Below are positions 1 through 9,500 of a DNA stretch of 64,000 nucleotides, in pieces. The notes under the pieces were generated by a model. It did no database searches, was not told the origin of the DNA, and worked only from the letters and a program-made list of their open reading frames with translations. How positions within the stretch are numbered: the first letter of the stretch is position 1; the number at the start of each line of letters is the position of its first letter. The DNA is from Nibricoccus sp. (GTDB taxonomy: Bacteria; Verrucomicrobiota; Verrucomicrobiia; Opitutales; Opitutaceae). Location: assembly GCA_047602425.1 (NCBI GenBank), contig JASGHG010000001.1, positions 1,248,001 through 1,312,000 of the forward strand, given 5' to 3'. Position numbers and translations under genes: made by a program.

Positions 1-501
1 GGCGTCAACGCCACGTTCTCGGGACTCACTGGTTCGGCTGTCGCCTCCAATGGCGACATCTACGTCGCCGATACCCAAAATTCCACCATCAGAAAAATTT
101 CCTCCATGGGTGTGGTAACCACAGTGGCTGGAACTGCCGGTGTCGCCGGATACAAGGACGGCACCGGCACCAGCGCGTGGTTCAACAAGCCTCGCGATGT
201 CGTCGCCGATACTTCCGGCAACCTCTACGTCGCCGATACTGGCAACGCCGTCATCCGCAAAATCGATGGCAATGGAATCGTGACCACGATCAGCGTCAGT
301 TCTTCGTCCAGTTCCTCAAGCAGCAGTTCCTCGTCGAGTTCGTCCAGCTCTTCCAGCTCTGGCAGCGGAAGTTCCAGTTCCGGCGCCGCTCCTGCACCTG
401 CGCCCGCCACCGGCGGTGGAGGCGGTGGTGGTGCACCTAGCCTCTGGTTCGTCTTTGCGCTTTTCTCGCTCGCCAGTCTGCGCAAGTTCGCCCGCCGATA
501 A
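1..501 (+). CDS. C-terminal part of an NHL-repeat surface protein with poly-Ser linker and GlyGly-CTERM-like tail (5' truncated by window edge)
   Basis: Frame 1 is open from base 1. NHL repeats (GDIYVADTQNSTIRKI, GNLYVADTGNAVIRKI), then poly-Ser, APAPAP, GGGGGGGAPSLWF, a hydrophobic helix and RKFARR. Confidence 0.85.
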   Translation, partial: GVNATFSGLTGSAVASNGDIYVADTQNSTIRKISSMGVVTTVAGTAGVAGYKDGTGTSAWFNKPRDVVADTSGNLYVADTGNAVIRKIDGNGIVTTISVSSSSSSSSSSSSSSSSSSSSSGSGSSSSGAAPAPAPATGGGGGGGAPSLWFVFALFSLASLRKFARR

Positions 502-647
502 TCGCCGGCCTCTGGCTTCTCGCCGCGCGCAGTGAATTTTTGCCTCTAATGGCCCATCGCTCGGCCGACCTTCACACGAAAGAATTCCGCGTGTCGCGTT
601 TGCCGTCCTCCATTACCTCCGTTTGCTCCTGTGCAAACGAACCTTCC

Positions 648-1304
648 ATGAAAATCACCTACTTCGTCGAAATGATGTCCTCTTGGTGCTATTGGGCCGA
701 ACCAGCCTGGCTTGAGCTAAAAAGCCGCTACGCCGGCCGTGTCGATTTTCAATGGAGGATCGCATTGATGAATCCCGGCGACTTCCCCGCTTCGCCTGCC
801 CATTGCGATTGGTTTTACCAGCGCAGCGGCACAATCATGCGTTCGCCGTTCAAGCTCAACCCCAATTGGGTCGAACCAGAGCTTAAAGGTAATTACACCG
901 CGGCAAATTTCGTCGCCGAAGCCGGCCGCGATCTCGGCATCACCGATGACCGCCTGCGGCTTGCACTCATGCATGCCGGTATGCGCGAAGGTCGCAAAAT
1001 CGGCCGCATCGAGGAGGCCGTCACCGTCGCCGCCCAGACCACGGGATTCGAAGCGTCGAAAATCCGTGCCCTCGCCGAATCTGACTCCGTGCAACAGCGC
1101 GTACAGGAATCCACCGCCGAATTTCACTCGCTCAAGGTCAACCAACGCCCCGCTTTTCTGCTCGAAGACAGCATCGGCGATCGCGCCGTCTTTTCCGGAC
1201 TCGTCGCGATTGCTCCGTTCGCCGCCACGATTGACGCCATGCTTGCCGACGCGGCAGCCTACGCCAGTTACGCCACCCACCACGGCCCGCCGCCCAAGGC
1301 CTGA
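648..1304 (+). CDS. DsbA/FrnE-like thioredoxin-fold protein
   Basis: MKITYFVEMMSSWCYWAE N-terminus with SxxC in place of CxxC; C-terminal V..RPAF cis-Pro region; ATG at 648. Confidence 0.7.
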   Translation: MKITYFVEMMSSWCYWAEPAWLELKSRYAGRVDFQWRIALMNPGDFPASPAHCDWFYQRSGTIMRSPFKLNPNWVEPELKGNYTAANFVAEAGRDLGITDDRLRLALMHAGMREGRKIGRIEEAVTVAAQTTGFEASKIRALAESDSVQQRVQESTAEFHSLKVNQRPAFLLEDSIGDRAVFSGLVAIAPFAATIDAMLADAAAYASYATHHGPPPKA

Positions 1305-1506
1305 CTAACGTCCGCCGCGCGGTTGATTTCAACCCAATCATGTTTGTCATCTATTAGATGACAAACATGATTGGCGAAGGGCCTTCGTTCGTCTTTTGTC
1401 CAATTGCCTTTCGGGAATTCCATTGCCCTTCGGAGTTCGGCAGATGCCGATGTGTGAGCTAAGTTTCCGCCTGCAAATTTTCCGCCGTGTCTTCATACTC
1501 CGTTCA

Positions 1507-1983
1507 ATGCAGCTGAAATGGCGCCTCTCGCACGTTCGCGGATACCTTGAGCTCGGTATGGTCGAGGAAGCCGCCGCCGAGCTTGATTTGATTCCTGCAA
1601 CTTCAGCGGATGACTTCGATGTTCGTGCGCTGCGTGCCCTCGTGCTCCAGGAAAAGCAGGCTTGGACTTCCCTCGTGCCGATTGCCGCCCGGTTGGTTCG
1701 CGACTGCCCGGCGGATCCGGGGTGGTGGGTCATGTGGGCCTATGCCGTCCGACGTGCCGATTCGCTGCTTGCCGCCGAAAAGATCCTTCGCGAAGCCGCG
1801 TCGAACCATCCGAAGGAGGCCACAATCCAGTTCAACCTCGGCTGCTATGCCTGTCAAAACGGCAATCTAACCAAAGCACGCGCCTACGTGGATTGCGCGA
1901 TTGCGCTCGACGAACGTTTCCGCGAAGCTGCCGCCACCGATCCCGATCTCGCTCCGTTGCGAAATCATGACGCAAAAACCTAG
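1507..1983 (+). CDS. TPR-repeat protein
   Basis: GYLELGM..EA and ATIQFNLGCYACQNGNLTKARAYVDCAIALD...AATDPDL helical repeats; ATG at 1507. Confidence 0.75.
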   Translation: MQLKWRLSHVRGYLELGMVEEAAAELDLIPATSADDFDVRALRALVLQEKQAWTSLVPIAARLVRDCPADPGWWVMWAYAVRRADSLLAAEKILREAASNHPKEATIQFNLGCYACQNGNLTKARAYVDCAIALDERFREAAATDPDLAPLRNHDAKT

Positions 1984-2085
1984 ATTCCTCCCGGGAAGCC
2001 CCGCATCGGCGGTGTTTACTATTTAAAACCGCCAACCCGCCGCATCTAGCCTTGGCCCCCACCTCAATTCTGGCCCCCTGTCCCC

Positions 2086-3792
2086 ATGCGCTCAAACACA
2101 TCCCTGTTCTGCCTGATATCTGCCCTCGCTGTTGCTACCGGCGCAATCCGCGGTGACGAAGCCCTTGGTGAAAAAATCATCCGTCTGCCGGAGCTCGCCG
2201 TTAATGAGACAATGAAACTTCGCCCGAGGGAAAAATGGCTCACCGGCCAGCTCGGTAGTTTCGAGATCTACAGCACCGCATCGGAAAGCGAAACCAAAGA
2301 CTTCGCCACAAAACTTCAGAAATTCCACCAAACATTTGCCTTGTTGTTTCCGAAGTTGATCGGCAACTCCGGTGACAAAATCACCCTGGTGCTGTGCGGC
2401 ACGCGCGACAAATATCTCGCCCTCGCTCCCACGGACGCGGGGCAGGTCGATGAGCGTTACGGCAATCTCGCCTATGCAACGCTCAAGGACGGTTTCGGTA
2501 CGACTTTCCTTATCAACTTCGACGCAAAAGCCTTTTTCGGCGATGGCACATCCGCAGGCATGAACACGGGCGGCGGGGAAAACGCCGCTCCAACCATGAA
2601 TTTTTCGCAATCCACCGGCGCGGAATTTGTCGATGGCGAAACGTTGCTTCGCCAGCAGTATCTCCGACTCCTGCTCAGCCGCAGCCAATCCCGTCCGCCC
2701 GCCTGGCTGGAGGAAGGCGTGGTGCGCTACTTCGATTCGCTCAAAGTCCAAAAAGATAAAATCACGTTCGCCCAGCTCGACATGAGTCTCACGCGCTATT
2801 TCAGCCGCGAACGACTCAATACGCGCCGCATGATGGACATGAAAGACTTCTTCGCCGTGACGTATGACTCGCCTGAATACAGGAAAGTTGTGGGCGGCAC
2901 GTTTTCCCATCAAGCCCTCGCGTTCGTTCACTACGCCATGCTGAGCCACAAAGGACGGTACCGCGCGACCTTCCTCAAGTTCATCGATCAAGCCAGCAAG
3001 GAGCCCGTGACCGAAACCATTTTCAAGAACTATTTCAAGATGAGCTTCAGTGATATGGAGGCCGTTTTGGACGATTATGTCCAGGGAGGTTTCTACCGGC
3101 ATGTCGTTGCTCCGAAACCGGCTGAACTTCCTCCGGCGCCCCCTCTGGTCTTGCGCGAAACCACCGATGCCGAGTCCGGCCGCATCAAGGGTGACGTGCT
3201 TCGCCAGGTCAAACGCTACGAAGACGCCCGCCTCGAACTTGTCTCGCCGCTCATGCGCAAACAAGCCGATGCCCGGCTGCTGGCCTCGCTCGGCCTCCTC
3301 GGCTATGAAACCAACAGCCTCGCGGCCGCCCGCAAATTTCTCGAAGAAGCCATCGCCGCGAAAGTCGATAACCCGATTGCCTATGTGACCCTCGCCCGTC
3401 TTCGCCTCGAGGACGCTCAACACGGCTCTCCTGAAACGAAACTTACACCCGCGCAGCTCAACGGGGTTCTCACACCACTCTTCGCCGCTCTGTCGCAAAA
3501 ACTTTCCCACGTCGAAATATACACCTTGATTGCCGACGCCTGGCTTTGCTCCAAAACCGCGCCCACACTCGACAACCTCGCGATCCTCGATGAGGGCGTC
3601 CTTTCCTTCCCCCGCAATGCCGACCTTATCTACAAAAATGCCACGCTCAAAGCCCGCCATGGTTTCACCGACGATGCGCGCTCGCTGGCTGACCTCGGCC
3701 TGAAAATCGCCCGCGACACCGCCAACCGCAACCGCTTCGAACAACTAAAAGCTTCCCTGCCCGCCAGCCAGCTGCCTGCGACCAAATCCTAA
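2086..3792 (+). CDS. Secreted protein with a gluzincin/DUF1570-like domain lacking HExxH and a C-terminal TPR-like region
   Basis: Signal peptide; PAWLEEGVVRYF motif; helical repeats in the C-terminal third. Confidence 0.6.
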   Translation: MRSNTSLFCLISALAVATGAIRGDEALGEKIIRLPELAVNETMKLRPREKWLTGQLGSFEIYSTASESETKDFATKLQKFHQTFALLFPKLIGNSGDKITLVLCGTRDKYLALAPTDAGQVDERYGNLAYATLKDGFGTTFLINFDAKAFFGDGTSAGMNTGGGENAAPTMNFSQSTGAEFVDGETLLRQQYLRLLLSRSQSRPPAWLEEGVVRYFDSLKVQKDKITFAQLDMSLTRYFSRERLNTRRMMDMKDFFAVTYDSPEYRKVVGGTFSHQALAFVHYAMLSHKGRYRATFLKFIDQASKEPVTETIFKNYFKMSFSDMEAVLDDYVQGGFYRHVVAPKPAELPPAPPLVLRETTDAESGRIKGDVLRQVKRYEDARLELVSPLMRKQADARLLASLGLLGYETNSLAAARKFLEEAIAAKVDNPIAYVTLARLRLEDAQHGSPETKLTPAQLNGVLTPLFAALSQKLSHVEIYTLIADAWLCSKTAPTLDNLAILDEGVLSFPRNADLIYKNATLKARHGFTDDARSLADLGLKIARDTANRNRFEQLKASLPASQLPATKS

Positions 3793-3830
3793 CCAGTCGT
3801 CAGCGACTTTCAGGCTTTCCCGCGTTCGGT

Positions 3831-4763
3831 GTGAAAATCCTCTTCTTTTTCCTGCTACCGTTCTGCTTTCTTCCTGCATTCAGTTTCGCCTTCGACCCGC
3901 CTTCCGCTTTCGACCGCTCCGAGGCGCTCGGCCCTCTCGATAACGAGCCTGCCATCCTCCGACGCCTCTTCACACCTGATGTCGATTTCGCTCCCATCCG
4001 CGTCCCCGAAATTGGCGACTGGCTCTCCCTGCATGATGAACCCGGCCAACCATACGGGGCTTATGTCTCGTCCGGTTTCAATCGCCCCAATTCCGCACGC
4101 AAAATCATCTATCTGCTCCCACTCGGCAACTTCCCTCAGGGAAAAAGTCCGCCGCTCGAAGACCTGCGGGCTTACGCTGAAGCCTTCTTTCAGCTCAGCG
4201 TCAAAATCCTCCCCGCAGCCGCCATCGACGAAAGGAAATTTAAGCCTCGCACCAATGAAAACACCCGGCAGCTCCAGCTTCACACCCTTTCCATACTCCA
4301 ACACCTAAAAACTCAGCTCCCTTCCGATGCCTACTGCCTTCTCGGCATCACCATGGAGGACCTCTACGTCTTCGGCCAGGCCTCGCTCGCCGAGCGTGTC
4401 GGCATCTACAGTTTCGCCCGCTACGACCCCGCTTTTTTCAGCCAGGATCGATCCGTCGATTACCGCCAAATTATTTTGAAGCGCAGCTGCAAGGTTCTCG
4501 CCCACGAAACCGCCCACATGTTCGGCCTGCATCACTGCATCTATTTCGACTGCCTAATGAACGGCGCCAACAACCTCGCGGAGTCCGACTCGCACCCGCA
4601 ACATCTCTGCCCCGTCTGCCTGCGCAAACTTCACTACAACGTCCAGTTCAACCCCGTCACCCGCTACGAGGAACTAAACAAGTTCTACAAAACCCACGAC
4701 TGGGATGACGAAACCCTCTGGACCGAGCGGCAGCTGAAAAAAATCAAACCTGACCATCCCTGA
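3831..4763 (+). CDS. Archaemetzincin (peptidase M54) family Zn metalloprotease
   Basis: HETAHMFGLHHC...CLMNG...LCPVC (HExxHxxGxxH, Met-turn, Cys4 site); signal peptide. Confidence 0.9.
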   Translation: MKILFFFLLPFCFLPAFSFAFDPPSAFDRSEALGPLDNEPAILRRLFTPDVDFAPIRVPEIGDWLSLHDEPGQPYGAYVSSGFNRPNSARKIIYLLPLGNFPQGKSPPLEDLRAYAEAFFQLSVKILPAAAIDERKFKPRTNENTRQLQLHTLSILQHLKTQLPSDAYCLLGITMEDLYVFGQASLAERVGIYSFARYDPAFFSQDRSVDYRQIILKRSCKVLAHETAHMFGLHHCIYFDCLMNGANNLAESDSHPQHLCPVCLRKLHYNVQFNPVTRYEELNKFYKTHDWDDETLWTERQLKKIKPDHP

Positions 4764-4834
4764 AGCATCAAAAAAACCAGCGGTACAAACTTCTGATTTC
4801 GCTCCGGGAAATTTATTTCCCGGGAATCACCAGC

Positions 4835-5866
4835 TCAGGGTTGCGCCAGCTTGGCCGCGAGATCGCGCCTCCGTTGCAGGTACTGTTCGGTTTTTTTCAG
4901 CTCCTCGGGCGGCGTGTTCGGATCGGTACGCATTTTGGCGAGTCGCTCCTCCGTTCTCTTGATGTCGAAACCAACGGGGTCGTTAAACATGAATAGCGTG
5001 CGCTCGTGGTAGTTGTTTTGCGACTCGTAGTACTTTTCCAAGAACTGAATTTCCTCGCCGGAGAAGCCCATTTCCTTGGCCTTTTGTATCGCAGCGGCCG
5101 CGTTGAGCGCGAGCGTAGCCTGCTCTTCTTCAACCGCCTGCACGGCCTGTTCGTTACGCAAAGGTTTTCGAGGCTCGTTGAACGGCCCGCCGTAGTCCGC
5201 CAGCGTGGGCCCAGAATACGCGTTGTGCGATTGGATGAGCTCGAGGAGCGAGGCCGACCGTTCGGGAGCAATGCCAGGAAGCGAGGACTTCTTGGCAAAT
5301 TCCTCCATGAGGCTCGTTTCTTTGCGCGCCTTCCAGCCATCCTCAAAGTGCTTGTATTCGCCATATTTCTCGCCGAGCAGGCCTTTCATGCGTTTATCGT
5401 ATTCGCCTTGAGCATTGAACAATTGGACAAGGTTTTTCTTTGCATCCAACTTCGCCTGGCAGATGAGTTCAATATGTCGCAGCAATTGTTCGCGCTGTTT
5501 CGCCCCTACTCCCATCTCTACGAACATTTTTTCGTAAACGGGACCATAAACCTTCATGAATTCAGCGATCCCTTCGCGATCCATTTCTGCGCGACGTTTT
5601 ACGTAGTCCGGAATTTGCAGATCCAAGACGTAGTTGCCGAGGAGTCGTTCCTCTCGCGCAAATTTCGAAGTTTCCTCCACCGATACAGAGGGGCTCGTGG
5701 AGTTCTGCGACCTACCATCGGTTGGCAGCGACTTCTCCGTTCGTCCAGCCATGCTTGCCGCCGCAACCGGTCGCGACCGGTAAAACCAGACCATTGAGGC
5801 ACTACCGAGGGCCGCTCCCAAGCAGATCAACAGCGTGGAACGAGCGAGATTTCCCGTGGTAGCCAT
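4835..5866 (-). CDS. Hypothetical membrane-anchored helical protein
   Basis: 343-aa ORF with an N-terminal hydrophobic segment, Ser/Thr linker and Glu/Lys-rich helices. Confidence 0.7.
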   Translation of the reverse strand: MATTGNLARSTLLICLGAALGSASMVWFYRSRPVAAASMAGRTEKSLPTDGRSQNSTSPSVSVEETSKFAREERLLGNYVLDLQIPDYVKRRAEMDREGIAEFMKVYGPVYEKMFVEMGVGAKQREQLLRHIELICQAKLDAKKNLVQLFNAQGEYDKRMKGLLGEKYGEYKHFEDGWKARKETSLMEEFAKKSSLPGIAPERSASLLELIQSHNAYSGPTLADYGGPFNEPRKPLRNEQAVQAVEEEQATLALNAAAAIQKAKEMGFSGEEIQFLEKYYESQNNYHERTLFMFNDPVGFDIKRTEERLAKMRTDPNTPPEELKKTEQYLQRRRDLAAKLAQP

Positions 5867-5884
5867 AAGATTGGAAAAGGTTTA

Positions 5885-6259
5885 TCAGCCACTCTGTGCT
5901 TCCGCCCTTGCATACGAGTCGAGGTGATCGACCCGCCCTTCCACATAAGAGTAGCCTGTTTCAGTAAGCGTATAATAGAAATCTACGTAGGCTCCATATA
6001 CGTTTTCCTTGTAAACCTGAGGCTTTGGAACGCCTCGCTCACAAAGTGTGAACTGACGACAACCATTTCCCTCCCAGAAAGATTCAATTTTACCTTCAGC
6101 CGTTACCCAGCTTCCCTCCACACTGGACGCAACGCTGCCCTTGCTCCCATTTTGCAGGTACATATCTTCAGTTACCTGTCATGTGGCCAAGGCAATCAAT
6201 GGCGAACCAAGAAGAACGAGGGCAAGAGGAAGCCTGAAGACTTTTGCATTCAATTTCAT
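5885..6259 (-). pseudogene. Small secreted protein gene interrupted by an in-frame TGA
   Basis: ATG at 6259 reads MKLNAKVFRLPLALVLLGSPLIALAT*QVTEDMYLQNG..., in frame with ORF 5885..6163; TGA at 6181-6179. Confidence 0.7.
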
Positions 6260-6578
6260 TTTCAGAAGGTTTTAAGGGTTATACTAACCGAACCGTGCCG
6301 CCAAAGCTGGGATGTCTCGTTTCTTGCGAGTCCTAGGGGGGGGGTGTCAACTGGAAACATGACAAAAACTTAAACCCGCCGTAGGCCGCTTTCGAGCCTT
6401 CCTGAACTTAATGCGCAACAATTCGGTGTCATCCGGCGTCATGGATTTACCCAGTGATGTCGGGTCACGTAGAAACCGAACCAAAAACCAAGCAAAAATC
6501 TTCTCCCCTTTCGAGCCTCCCGGAGTTCCAGATTAACAAACGCCCAGCTTCCTGTATTTATCCCCGCGTCCGACACCC

Positions 6579-9500
6579 ATGACCTTTCTACGTGCCGTCC
6601 TGCTGCTCAGCGCCCTCGCCTCGCCATGCTTTGCCGCCTTCACTGCCGGGCTCTCTCCCAATCTTGAAGGCCAGCTCGATCGCCCGCTGCGTTATCGCCC
6701 CGAAGGCACCGACTTTGTCATCGAGAATGGTTCTGAATTTTTCAACCGCCCACTCTACGGTGGCAACACCGCTTTTCGCGTCGACGCTGGCGACAAGCCC
6801 GAGTTTTCCCTCTATCTACCCGGTCGCGGCGGCAATCTCCGCATCGGCCTGCGTTCTTCTGCCGGTATTAAGTGGTTGATCGACGCGCAAAACATCGTCT
6901 CCCGCTACCGTCCGGGCTCGATGATCTATATGATCCGCGATCCGCTGCTCGGTGATGCCACGCTCACCCTTACCGCCCTCGCCCTCCACGATCGCGAGGG
7001 CTTGATCGTCAAAGTCGAACCATCCGACAACGCCTTGCCCGTCGAACTTGTCTGGGCCTACGGTGGCGTCACTGGTGCGCGCGGCAAACGCGACGGCGAC
7101 ATCGGTACCGAGGACGTGCCCATCGGCGCGTACTTCCAGCTCAAGCCTGAGTTTTGCCGCAACAACGTTTTCGAGCTCACACCCACTTCCTTCACCCTTC
7201 GCAGCAAGCCCGCCGTCTTCGTCGGCCTCGCCACCGGCCATACGCAGTTCGCTCTCGCCGATGCGGCCGAATGGTCCAACCTCAGCCGCCTGCTTTCCTC
7301 TGCCGACAAGTCGACAGAAATCCCCGTCGTGCTCGGCCGAACAAATCTGACATCGGGAAATTCAACCTACATTGCCATTTTGCGCGTGCCGGGAAAAACC
7401 GACGACCGCAGCGAACTCGCCACTTACCGCGAGGTGAAGGGCGAGATCAACAGCCTCACCAGCACTGAGCCAAAACCTTCCTCCCCGCCCCCGACGCTCG
7501 ACGTCGCGAATCTTCCGCAATTATTCACCGCTGCCGAGCAACACTTCGCCCAGCTTCGACAACAAATCACTATCGACACGCCTGATCCGTTTCTCAATGC
7601 CGCCGCCGGTGCCCTCAATGTCGCCGCCGATGCCGTGTGGGACGAGCCTCAAGGCGTCGTCATGCACGGCGCCATTGCCTGGCGCTCCAAGCTCCTTGGC
7701 TGGCGCGGTCCCTATTCGATGGATGCGCTCGGCTGGCATGATCGCGCGCGCCGCCACTTCATCTACTGGGCCGGCCGCCAAAACACCTCGCCGATCCCCG
7801 ACAACGTTCCGCCCGCCGACGAAAATGCCAACCTCGCCCGCAGCGAAGCCGCCCTCCACAGCAATGGCGACCTGTCGAATTCCCACTACGACATGAACCT
7901 AGTCTACATCGACGCACTCTTCCGTCATCTGCTGTGGACCGGCGATCTCGGCTTTGCGCGTCAGGTCTGGCCCGTGATCGAACGTCATCTCGCGTGGGAA
8001 CGCCGCCTCTTCCGCCGAGAATTCACCATCGCCTCCGGCGAAAAACTCCCGCTCTACGAAGCCTACGCCGCCATCTGGGCCAGCGACGACCTGCAATACC
8101 ACGGCGGTGGCACCGCGCATGCCTCGGCCTATAATTTTTATCACAATAAGATGGCCGCGCGCCTCGCCCGCCTGCTTGAAAAAGATGCCTCGCCCTACGA
8201 GCACGAAGCCGAACTGATCGCCAGAGGTATGCGCGAGCTCCTTTGGATGCCCGACAAGGGCATGTTCGCCGAGTTCAAAGACTACCTCGGTCTTCAACGC
8301 ATCCACCCCAGCGCCGCCCTTTGGACGTTTTACCATACGATCGATTCCGAAGTCACCACGCCCGAGGAAGCCGTGCAAATGAGCCGCTACGTCGACCAGG
8401 AAATACCACACATTCCCGTGCGTGGCCCTGGCGTACCCGAAAATCTCCACGTCCTTTCCACATCCAACTGGATGCCCTACACGTGGTCGATCAACAATGT
8501 CGTCATGGGCGAGATCAATCACAGCGCCCTCGCTTTCTGGCAAGCCGGCCGTGCCGACGAAGCTTATCAACTCCTCAAGAGCGCCCTGACCGCCAGTATG
8601 TTCATGGGCATCTCGCCCGGCAATGTCGGCTCGATGAATTACCTCGACGTTTACCGCCGTGAAGCCCAGCGCGATTTCGCCGATGGTTCCGGTGTCACTT
8701 CACGCGCGATCATCGAAGGCCTTTTCGGTCTTAAACCCGATTTATTGGCCGACGAATTGGCGATTGCACCAGGTTTCCCTTCCGAATGGACCCACGCACG
8801 GCTTCAACATTCGGATTTAGATTTCAGTTTCGAGCGAGAAAGCAATACCGACACTTACCGCATCGTCTCGCGCTTCCCCAAACCTGTCCGGCTTCGTGTA
8901 ACACTCTTCACAAGCCACAACGCCTCGCTCATGAGCGTCAACGCACAGCCAATCGAGCTCAACTCGCGTCACTACTCGTCTGACCGCGTCGAGTTTACCG
9001 CTCCAGCTGCCACTTCATTCGAAATCAAAATTGTCTGGTCAGAAAAATCTCTCCCCACTGCATCGCTAACCTCGCCCAAGCGTCTGGCTGTACCCCAAAA
9101 ACAAGCCAAGAAGTTCGTATCATGGGACAGTCCGATCTCCTCCGAAACCCGCCTCGACCCAGTCAACCTCGCTCCCTTCTTCAACGATTCCGTCACGCAG
9201 ATTTTCAAAAACGAATATCGCTCGCCGCGCTCGCCGTTCGCTTCGCTCGCGATTCCAAAGCAAGGTATTGGCGCTTGGGCTGGATTCGTGAATGCCACCG
9301 CCGAAATCGATGACTCCGGCCTGCGAGCCGTCACAAAAGCCAACAACGGACGCCTCGTCATGCCCAATGGCGTTCCCTTCGCCACGCCCGCCGAGGGAAA
9401 AAACATCGTCTTCACCTCACAGTGGGACAACTACCCGCGCGAAGCCACGATCCCGCTCAATGGCCACGCCTCGCATATCTTCCTTCTCATGGCTGGTTCG

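Noticed and set aside
2092..3744. 550-aa antisense ORF
   Set aside because: Same shadow-frame effect; the + strand gene has a signal peptide and motifs.
4804..4823. CCGGGAAAT-TT-ATTTCCCGG palindrome between convergent genes
   Set aside because: Could be a terminator or operator, but it is a single instance with no U-tract; not enough support.
6179..6181. Selenocysteine, or genetic code 4/25, as the explanation for in-frame TGAs (also 28616-28618)
   Set aside because: No redox Cys context or evident SECIS hairpin; many intact genes in the window terminate at TGA.
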